Shown here piece by piece: positions 50,510 through 60,329 of a DNA stretch of 64,000 nucleotides (position 1 is its first letter; each line of letters begins with the position of its first letter). A program made the position numbers and the translations under genes. The notes below the pieces were generated by a model that searched no databases, had not been told where the DNA came from, and was given only the letters and a program-made list of their open reading frames with translations. The stretch is from NCBI GenBank assembly GCA_977017645.1, contig OZ360225.1:138260001-138324000 (forward strand), in the 5' to 3' direction. The DNA is from Torpedo marmorata (Eukaryota).

Positions 50510-51980
50510 CTGGTGAGCGGGTCTGTGGATGGGCGGTGAGCGGGTCTGTGGATGGGCGGTGAGCGGGTCTGTGGATGGGCGGTGAGCGGGTCTGTGGATG
50601 GTGGGTGGACGGGTCTGTGGATGGGCGGTGAGCGGGTCTGTGGATGGTGGGTGGACGGGTCTGTGGATGGGCGGTGAGCGGGTCTGTGGATGGTGGGTGA
50701 GCGGGTCTGTGGATGGGCGGTGAGCGGGTCTGTGGATGGGCGGTGAGCGGATCTGTGGATGGTGGGTGGACGGGTCTGTGGATGGGCGGTGAGCGGGTCT
50801 GTGGATGGGCGGTGAGCGGGTCTGTGGATGGTAGGTGGACGGGTCTGTGGATGGACGGTGAGCGGGTCTGTGGATGGGCGGTGAGCGGGTCTGTGGATGG
50901 GCGGTGAGCGGGTCTGTGGATGGGCGGTGAGCGGGTCTGTGGATGGGCGGTGAGCGGGTCTGTGGATGGTGGGTGAGCGGGTCTGTGGATGGGCGGTGAG
51001 CGGGTCTGTGGATGGGCGGTGAGCGGGTCTGTGGATGGTGGGTGGATGGGTCTGTGGATGGGCGGTGAGCGGGTCTGTGGATGGGCGGTGAGCGGGTCTG
51101 TGGATGGTGGGTGGACGGGTCTGTGGGGGGTGGGTGAGCGGGTCTGTGGGAAGTGGGTCTATGGGGGGACGGGGGGCTGGTGAGCGGGTCTGTGGGGGGG
51201 GGTTGTGAGCGGGTCTGTGGGGGGGGTTGTGAGCGGGTCTGTGGGTGAAGGTAAAGGTTCCATTATTGTCACATAATACTACATTTAGAATGTAACATAC
51301 ATGAAATTCTTTAATTTTTGTCTACCGTAAGGCAGACAGAGGGTCACTACTTTGTCCAACACCCCTCACAGAAACCTACAGCACCTGGTGTTCCTTGGTG
51401 GTCTCCCCTCCAAGTACTGACCAGTCCTGTGCCTGCTTAGTTTCCGAGATCAGACAATCCCAGTCGTATTCAGGCTATTAGGTGCTGGGGTGGTGAACGG
51501 GTCTGTGGGGGTGGATGAGCGGGTCTGGGAAGGTTGGGTGGGCGGGTCTGTGGAGGGGGCGGTGAGCGGGTCTGTGGGGGGCGGTGAGCGGGTCTGTGGG
51601 GGGCGGTGAGCGGGTTTGTGGGGGGTGATGAGCGAGTGTGGGGGTGGGTGGGTGGCGGGTCTGTGGGGGGGGCGGTGAGCGGGTCTGTGGGGGGGCGGTG
51701 AGCGGGTCTGTGGGGGGGTCGGTGAGCGGGTCTGTGGGGGGGGCGGTGAGCGGGTCTGTGGGGGGGGCGGTGAGCGGGTCTGTGGGGGGGGCGGGGGAGC
51801 GGGTCTGTGGGGGGGGCGGGGGAGCGGGTCAGTGGGGGGGCGGGGGAGCGGGTCTGTGGGTGGACGATGAGCGGGTCTGTGGGGGGGGGGCGGGGGAGCG
51901 GGTCTGTGGGGGGGGGCGGTGAGCGGGTCTGTGGGGGGGCAGGTGATCGGGTGTGTGAGGGGTGGCGAGCGGGTCTGTGG
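50510..51980. repeat. G-rich ~23-bp minisatellite in TBX20 intron 2, interrupted by a SINE
   Basis: Unit ggtgagcgggtctgtggatgggc, drifting to ...gtgggggggc. Confidence 0.9.
51247..51482 (-). mobile_element. 5S rRNA-derived SINE (SINE3-type)
   Basis: Reverse complement of 51372-51482 reads ..gtctgatctcggaaactaagcagg..tggtcagtacttggaggggagaccaccaaggaacaccaggtgctgtaggttt (5S-like), followed by a ~125-nt body ending gtgacaataatggaacctttaccttc. Confidence 0.85.
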
Positions 51981-52243
51981 GGAAGGTGGACGGGGGATGG
52001 TGTGCGGGTCCGAGGGACGGGGTTGCGGTGGTGAACCGGTCGGCGGGACAGGAATGCGGACACGTTTATATTTCATTCGGACTTGCTCATGACCCTGCTG
52101 AGAATTACATTCGGACTGAACACTTGCTGTTTCCCCGCCGCCTCCGGCTGCCCCGTTCACGGTTATCGGTTGTACGCGGAGACGCGCTGATCTGTGGGAT
52201 GGCTGGTTTTAAAGGGTTGTTCCCTTCCTGTGGTCTGTTTCAG

Positions 52244-52408
52244 GAGAATGTTTCCAACTATCCGCGTCTCCCTCTCTGGAGTGGATTCCGAGGCCAAGTA
52301 CATCGTGTTGATGGACATCGTGGCGGTAGACAACAAGCGTTATCGCTACGCCTATCATCGCTCTTCCTGGCTGGTAGCGGGCAAAGCTGATCCGCCGCTT
52401 CCTGCAAG
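52244..52408 (+). CDS. TBX20: TBX20 coding exon 3
   Basis: Acceptor tttcag|. [55 protein letters not shown]. Donor AG|gtgcgg; 165 nt. Confidence 0.97.
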
Positions 52409-53073
52409 GTGCGGCCCCTTGAGTGCTCTTTGCTATCGTTGGAGCGGCTCAATGCCCAGAATCACCTTCCCTTAGTCCCTCCCACCCCAGAAAATGTAAA
52501 TCAAATCTCTGCCGAAACTGGAGATGTTCAATAAAAAAAGAATATGCCGGAAACAGAAGGCTCTTCGACCTGAATCATTGACTGGTTCTTTCTCCACAGA
52601 CGCTGCTTGTCCTGCCGAGTGTTTCCAGCATTTTCTGTTTTTATTTCGGGTCTGACAGCTCCCGGAGCCGGTTTGGTGAGTCCAAAACGGGCAGTTGGGA
52701 AAGGTTTCCTTAGGGAAAACCGTGAGAAAATTTCCATGTGTTGGTTTGCTGAGAAGATATCTCCCAGCAACCAAAACTCCGAATTAAAGAGTCATTAACT
52801 TGCTAGTCATAAAATATACTGAACGAGGAGCAACAGCGGGATAAAAAAATATTGAGCGCACCCCCGTTATCCCAGTCACTCTCATCAAGAACTAACCCTA
52901 AGGTATCATACCTCTAACCACCCTAAACTAAATCAGACTAACCAAATTGCCTTAACGTCACTCACTCTGGCCCCAATCGCCCTAACCACAATCATCATCC
53001 CCAATCACACTGGCCTCATTATCGTCCTACCCCCGATCCCAATCTCTTTAAAACTCAATCCAATCAACCTACC

Positions 53074-54918
53074 AATAGACAATAGGTGCAGGAGTAGGCC
53101 ATTCGGCCCTTCGAGCCAGCACCGCCATTCACTGTGATCATGGCTGATCATCCACTATCAGTACCCGTTCTTGCCTTCTCCCCATAACCCTTGACTCCGC
53201 TATCTTTAAGAGCTCTATCTAACTCTTTCTTGAAAACATCCAGAGAATTGTCCTCCACCGCCTTCTGAGGCAGAGCATTCCACAGATCCACAACTCTCTG
53301 GGTGAAAATGTTTTTCCTCAACTCCGTTCTAAATGGCCTACTCCTTATTCTTAAACTGTGGCCTCTGGTTCTGGACTCTCCTAACGTCGGGAACATGTTT
53401 CCTGCCTCTAGTGTGTCCAATCCCTTAATAATCTTATATGTTTCAATCAGATCCCCTCTCATCCTTCTAAATTCCAGTGTATACAAGCCCAATCGCTCCA
53501 ATCTTTCTACATATGACAGTCCCGCCATCCCGGGAATTAACCTCGTGAACCTACGCTGCACTCCCTCAATAGCAAGAATATCTTTCCTCAAACCTGGAGA
53601 CCAAAACTGCACACAATACTCCAGGTGTGGTCTCACCAGGGCCCTGTACAACTGCAGAAGGACCTCCCTGCTCCTATACTCAACTCCCCTTGTTATGAAG
53701 GCCAACATGCCATTAGCTTTCTTCACTGCCTGCTGTACCTGCATGCTTACTTTCATTGACTGATGAACAAGGACACCTAGATCTCGTTGTACTTCCCCTT
53801 TTCCTAACTTGACACCATTCAGATAGTAATCCACCTCCCTGTTCTTGCCACCAAAGTGGATAACCTCACATTTATCCACAAAAAACTGCATCTGCCCACT
53901 CACCCAACCTGTCCAAGTCACCCTGCATTCTCATAACATCCTCCTCACATTTCACACTGCCACCCAGCTTCGTGTCATCTGCAAATCTTCTAATGTTACT
54001 TTTAATCCTTTCATCTAAATTATTAATGTATATTGTAAACAGCTGTGGTCCCAGCACCAAGCCTTGCAGTACCCAACTAGTCACTGCCTGCCATTCTGAA
54101 AGGGACCCATTAATCCCTATTCTTTGTTTCCTGTCTGCCAACCAATTTTCTATCCATGTCAGTATCCTACTCCTAATACCATGTGCTCTAATTTTGCCCA
54201 CTAATCTCCTATGTGGGAGCTTATCAAAGGCTTTCTGAAAGTCCAGGTACACTACATCAACTGGCTCTCCCTTGTCCATTTTCCTCGTTACATCCTCAGA
54301 AAATTCCAATGATTAGTCAAGCATGATTTCCCCTTCCTAAATCCATGCTGACTCGGACCGATCCTGTTACTGCTATCCGAATGTGCTGCTATTTAATCTT
54401 TTATAATTGCCTCCAGCATCTTCCCCACCACTGATGTCAGGCTAACTGGTCTATAATTCCGTTTTCTCTCTCTCCCTCCTTTCTTAAAAAGTGGGATAAC
54501 ATTAGCTACCCTCCAATCCACAGGAACTGATCCTGAATCTGTAGAACATTGGAAAATGATTACCAATGCGTCCACGATTTCTAGAGCCACCTCCTTAAGT
54601 ACACTTGGATGCAGACCATCAGGTCCTGGGGATTTATCAGCCTTTAGTCCCATCAGTCTACCCATAACCATTTTCTGCCTAATGTGAATTTCCTTCAGTT
54701 CCTCCGTTACCCTAGGTCCTCTGTCCACTATTACATCTGGGAGGTTATTTGTGTCTTCCCTAGTGAAGACAGATCCAAAGTACCTGTTCAACTCTTCTGC
54801 CATTTCCTTGTTCCCCATAATAATTTCACCCGTTTCTGTCTTCAAGGGCCCAACTTTGAACTTAACTAACTTTTCCTCTTCACATACCCAAAGAAGCTTT
54901 TACTATCCTCCTTTATAT
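53074..54918 (-). mobile_element. CR1 (HER1-like) LINE, 5'-truncated, antisense in TBX20 intron 3
   Basis: Three ORF pieces: KSPGPDGLHP..NYRPVSLTSVVGK, VYLDFQKAFD..FADDTK, RPHLEYCVQFWSP. (ctattgt) tail; few disablements. Confidence 0.92.
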
Positions 54919-55450
54919 TACCCTGACTGTATTCCCCTCAACCCAGTCTTCAAATCATCTTAATGCGCCCTCACCACAACCCCATCACTCTAACCATAAC
55001 TTGAACCGCTCTGCCCTGCCCGGAATAGCCCCAATCACTGCAACTCCTCTCACCCTGACCCTAACCTTGGATCAGTGTGATTCTTAGGGAACTGTGTCAA
55101 AGCAGAACTCCCAACCGAGGCTCTGAGAATTGACCGAGTTCCCGAATTGCAGTGAAATAAGGCGAAGGTTCGCATTCCACTTGTAAATATTAATACAATC
55201 AAAACTACGGCGGTCGAGAGAGAGAGAGCAGCCCGTCGAGGCTGAATGGGAGTAGTTCAAGTCGCATCTTTTTTAGTCTTTGCAATGCTCCTGAATCCAT
55301 TGATCCCGATTCCAGAATCCGCTGAACTGGTCCTGATGCCTTGGTCGGTCCTTCTGCCACCACTCTCCGTCCCCTCGATCCTACCATTCCCGGCTGCCCC
55401 TGTTCCTGCTTCACCAGGCCTGTTCCCTGACCCTCGTCTCCTGATTTCAG

Positions 55451-55559
55451 GCTGTATGTGCACCCAGACTGTCCGTTCACGGGGGAGCAACTTTCGAAAC
55501 AAATGGTCTCCTTCGAGAAGGTGAAACTCACCAACAACGAGTTGGATCAACACGGCCAC
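55451..55559 (+). CDS. TBX20: TBX20 coding exon 4
   Basis: Acceptor tttcag|. LYVHPDCPFTGEQLSKQMVSFEKVKLTNNELDQHGH. Donor |gtgagt; 109 nt. Confidence 0.97.
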
Positions 55560-55989
55560 GTGAGTTGTCCTACGTTTGTTCAGGGAAATCCCAGGTGCCG
55601 GAGCCGGACAACAATGAACAAATGGTCTCCCTGTCATCTGTTATCCGGCCGGGCGTTGTCCGCGGGCACGGTCCGAGGATCACCGGGCTCTTTGACAACC
55701 CGAGCTCCGGTCAGTGTAGAAGCAGAAATCCACAACCTGCTGCACGGCACCGGTCCCTCAGTTCGCCGCTCGGACACTGTTGCAATCACCAATCTAACCC
55801 CACACACCAGGAGCTCGCCACCATGAGCAGACTCCCCGCAATTTATTCACCCGGTTACACTGGTTAATTCTCACCTAAATTACTCCTCACTGAATCCGCA
55901 CTAGGGGTGGCATCGTGGGCCGGTTGACAGTGTTCGGGTGTCGAATATTCCCCACCACTGCCCCTTTCACCTGACTCCTTCGCCTCACT

Positions 55990-56195
55990 AACTGTGTGCG
56001 GGTGTGTATGTACAGGTGTGCAAAACCAAAGGTGCATCTGTAGATATATATGGACAGGTGTGTGTAGAGATCTATAGATATGTGTATACATCTACGAATG
56101 TGTGTACAGATGCCTATGGATATGTGTGTACAGGTGTGTGTGCAGATAGATGTCTGTGTACCCGCGCGCACGTGTGTGTATGTATGTGTATACGG
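55990..56195. repeat. GT/AT-rich low-complexity tract
   Basis: Direct reading. Confidence 0.7.
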
Positions 56196-56595
56196 GATTA
56201 ACATGTTAAGGATGCTGTTGGATATAATTCGGAAACGTGTGAATTTCCTCCAGTTTATAACTTTTAATTGAACTGCCACTTAAGCAGCAAATGCTAAAGA
56301 TTAACGACGGCGGAAATATCTCTGGTGTTGGAGCAGTCCGCTGCTTAAGGAACTGTTTTCTTGACTGGGCACCTCGGCGTTCCCCTGGCGGGGATTGGGT
56401 GAGATTAGGTTCAGGGGATCTGGGCTAGAAGGAGACCTGCTCTCATCAGCCGGAGATCATCAGCATCACTGGTAATTGCTTCTGGCTTCGTCCCCCCCGT
56501 CCAGTCCCACCCCAGCCTAGGCTCATACTGTTGGGTGCGGCTTGGGGAAGGCTCCAGCCTTGTCAGTGGATAACGGTGATGATATCAATCCACAG

Positions 56596-56754
56596 ATAAT
56601 TCTGAACTCCATGCACAAGTACCAGCCACGGGTCCACATCATCAGGAAGAAAGACCACACCGCATCCCTGGTCAACCTCAAATCGGAGGAGTTCCGCACC
56701 TTCATCTTCCCAGAGACCGTTTTCACTGCAGTGACCGCCTACCAGAACCAACTG
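56596..56754 (+). CDS. TBX20: TBX20 coding exon 5
   Basis: Acceptor ccacag|. [53 protein letters not shown]. Donor |gtgagt; 159 nt. Confidence 0.97.
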
Positions 56755-57779
56755 GTGAGTCGCCGGATACCGGCTCCGATCCGGACTCGCAGCGGGGCTG
56801 ACGCCGATCCGGTCGGGCGTTAACCCGCAAAGAGCCCGGAATCCTTATAAATATAATGAATTAATTCTTTGAAACAAGAGGTCACCGGGACAGAGGTCAC
56901 CGGGACAGAGGTCACCGGGACAGAGGCCACGGCGACAAGGGGTCACCGGCCAGTGGTCACCCGGAAAGAGGTCAGTGATTAATACGGCCTTTTTGGATGT
57001 TACTGGTGGGATCAGAGAGTGTGATTTGTTTCAAGGGCCAGAGGGAAAGGGAGCGCATATTAACCGCGGGTTTGTCACCCGGGGAAAGTCGTGGGGAAAA
57101 TGCAGACTCTGCAAATCTGAAGTCAAAACAGAAAGTGCTGGAAACACTCAGCAGGTCAGGCAGCATCTGTGGAGGAGACACAGAGTCAATGTTTCAGGGA
57201 GACGACTCTTCCCCAGAAATGGTCCTGGTAAGTCGCAATGACCTGTGTATAACCTGGCCTCAAGCGGTTGAACTCCTGGGCGCGCTGGTGCTGTGTCGCG
57301 ATCTCAGCCACCTCCCCACAGACAGGACCTGGGGAAGTGGGAGTAACAAATGAGAAAGGTATATAGAAGGCCGACGGTGGCGCCACGTCGGTCCTTACTA
57401 CGACTCCAGAGAACCGGATTCGATCCGATCTCCCGGGCTGTCTGCGTGGAGACCGCACGATCACCCTGTGATCGCGTGGTGTTACCCTGGCCTCCTCCCA
57501 CCTCCCAAAGACATCCCGGTCGATGGGTTCATTTGCCTCATTAAATTCCACAGGCACATGGAGAATGTGGGTGGGAATGAGGAGACAAGGGTTTACAGGG
57601 GAATTAGTGGGGGATGGTGATCCGGCAGAGACTCGATGGGCCTATTACGTAAATATGAAAAAATCCGCTAAAGAACATCAGTGACTTTCACCGATTCCGC
57701 CAGCCTTATAACTCTCCATCCTGTCACACTCCCGGGACGGTAACCGAAACAGGAACGGTGGGGGGGGTTCGAGAGTTCT

Positions 57780-58002
57780 GAGTGGCACGGTTAGCGTAGC
57801 GGTTAGTGCAACCCGGCTCGAATCCGGACTGTCTGTAAGGAGTTTGTACGACCTCCCTGTGTCTGCGTGGGTTTACTCAGGGTGCTCCCGGTTTCCTCCC
57901 ACCCTTCAAATCGTAGGGGGTTGTAGGTTAATTGGGGTATTTGGGCGGCACGGGCTCGTGGTCCGGAAGGGCCTGTTACCGTGCTGGATGTCTACATTAA
58001 AA
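57780..58002 (+). mobile_element. tRNA-derived V-SINE in intron 5 (an older copy at ~57370-57642)
   Basis: A-box-like ttagcgtagcgg, B-box-like gctcgaatcc, V-domain gtctgcgtgggttt..gggtgctcccggtttcctccc, CR1-type tail gaagggcctgttaccgtgctg. Confidence 0.75.
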
Positions 58003-58188
58003 CAAATATTGACCGTCCCTCTCTCTCCCCACAGCCGCTGCCTGACTTGCAGACTGTTTCCAGCATGTGTTGTTGATTCAGGTTTCCAGCATCTGCAATT
58101 TGTTTGTTTTTTTAATTCATAATGTGTAGATTTGTCTGTGCGCCAAGCGCTTGACAGCGAGGTTTCCCGTTGTGTTTCTGTCCTGCAG

Positions 58189-58265
58189 ATTACTAAACTA
58201 AAAATCGACAGTAACCCTTTCGCCAAAGGTTTCCGGGACTCCTCCCGACTCACGGATATGGAGAG
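58189..58265 (+). CDS. TBX20: TBX20 coding exon 6 (end of T-box); gene continues beyond window
   Basis: Acceptor cctgcag|. ITKLKIDSNPFAKGFRDSSRLTDME(R). Donor AG|gtacgg; 77 nt. Not in the ORF track, read manually. Confidence 0.96.
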
Positions 58266-60329
58266 GTACGGTCTCCCCGAGTAAGGCCCTTTCTTCTTAA
58301 TTCTTTATAGTGTAAATGCCGCGGTTCATAAAATGTTAAACAAAAATTATTTGACAGAAACAAATATAAGTTAATACTTGATAGTCATGTTAATACTTAG
58401 AGCTTGAAAAGTTCTCTACTTCCGTTTTGAAACTTGGCTGAGCTGTCGTCGCGGGAATCATTTCATCAACCGCTCTAATAGCTGGTTATATTGGGAAGGT
58501 GTGGGTGGGTAGACGCTGCTTCCTCGCCCCCACCTCCGCTCATCACTGTGCCGGGAATTATTGTGTGTGATCGCGGGCCGCAGTTAACGCTGCCGCTTGA
58601 ACCAGTCAACTCCCCCGCTGCCTCTGCCGCCTTGATAACCCCGCGCCCCGACGGGAACCCACTCATCCGCCACCTCGTGGCCCGCAGGACCAACAGGAAG
58701 GCGCTTTGCGGAGCACCGCTGTCCCCGCCGGTCACTGCTCAGCAGACACAAATGGATTGTCCGTGATGGAGTTTTGGGCGTCAGGTTCGACGGTTCCTGG
58801 GCCGCCTCTCCGCCATTTCATTGGATTCATATTTCTGAGGTTTCCTCATTTAAACGGTTCACACATTTATGTTTTTTTTTGGTGTCTGGGACTCAAGATT
58901 CTCTGCATCTTTTTTTGGGGGGGGAGGGGGGGGGTGGATTCCTTCGGTTTTCATTGGGCCACAGTGTGTTTCCGATTCGTTGGATAACAGGTGTATGTTT
59001 ATCTTTAAACACAACCCGCCTTGCTCTGAAACAGGCCGAGTGCAGACAATACGTAGCGTTTTCCCCAATCCGTGCCCCTGTGCATTGGGAAGGGAGAAGG
59101 CGCCGGGCCCCCTGTGAAAGGTCTGCGGGCGTGCTGTCTCGCCCCATCCCCTCCCCTCCGCTTCCCCTCTGCCGGCAGTCAGTAGGGACCTCCTTGTACA
59201 CGTGGAATATCTGGGGATAAATGCGGACTCAGTGCGGTTTAGCTTCGGCGCACCTGGTTAGTGGAGCGGTTGTCGCCGTTGTGCGGGAAACGAGCAGGAC
59301 GGTTGCGTGCATGTCGGAGAGTTTTGTGTTTTAGTGGAATTTGGGAGCCGGAGTTAGTCCGGCATCAGACACTGGTGTTCGTGAAGATTCCCAACTGAGC
59401 GCGTTTGTTCAAGAGCGAGGTTTGAGGCAGGAACGGGTTGGGAAACAATAAAATAGCGGAAATCACCAATAGAAAATGGAATGAAAGGGCGAGTACAAAA
59501 GAATGGCGGGGCAAACACGGAAAACTGGACGGAGAGAGTCACAGCGACCAGAGACAATTGGATCCAGAAGTCACTGGGATCCGGGAGTCACTGGAATGTG
59601 GGAGACAATGGGATTCGGGAGACAATGGGACTCGGGAGTCACTGGGATCTGGGATCTGGGAGTTACTGGGATCCTGGAGACAACGAGATCCGGGAGTCAC
59701 TGGGATCCGAAAATCGGTAGGATCGGGAGTCAGTGGGATCCGGGAATCAGTGGGATCGAGTCATTTGATCTGAAACGCGGCGGGAACAGAGATTCAACTT
59801 TCAAAACGGAATTGGATATATACGGAAGCAGAGCAAAGAGGGAACAAACTCAATGTTACTGCTGGATCATTCTGTGCCGTATCATTTCCGTGATTGTATC
59901 CCAGGAATAAAAATGTAAAGTGATACTTTAAACTGTTTGTTCTGACTTTGAAAATTGCCGTTCATCTTAAATCTTTCATTTTTATTATAATCCATTTGCT
60001 GAATGCAAGTGAATTGTAAGGTTGGCGGATGGGAAATGTTGCAGGGAGATTCATAGAAATGGGATGGATTGCAAAAAGATTGAGAAACAGAGGACTGAAT
60101 AATGGTGGCAGACATCGACATCAATCGACATTGGTCAGAAAAGCTGGATTCAGATCACTGGTTGAGTTCAATTCCCTAAACAAAGAGTGACTCACTAATT
60201 TAAACTGCTCCCAGTCAGCTGGCAGGAAGTGACATTCACTGAAGATCATTCAGCACAGCCCAGGAATCTACCCGTCACCTGAGGCAATTCACATCATTAA
60301 AGGGGTCGGGGTCAGGCTGGCGCTAGATC

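Noticed and set aside
51372-51482. Functional 5S rRNA gene
   Set aside because: Divergent 5' end, many substitutions, no T4 terminator, fused to a LINE-type tail; treated as a SINE head.
52880-55070. Interstitial telomere-like ccctaa motifs on both sides of the intron 3 CR1
   Set aside because: Only scattered hexamers in C/A-rich low-complexity DNA; no tandem array.
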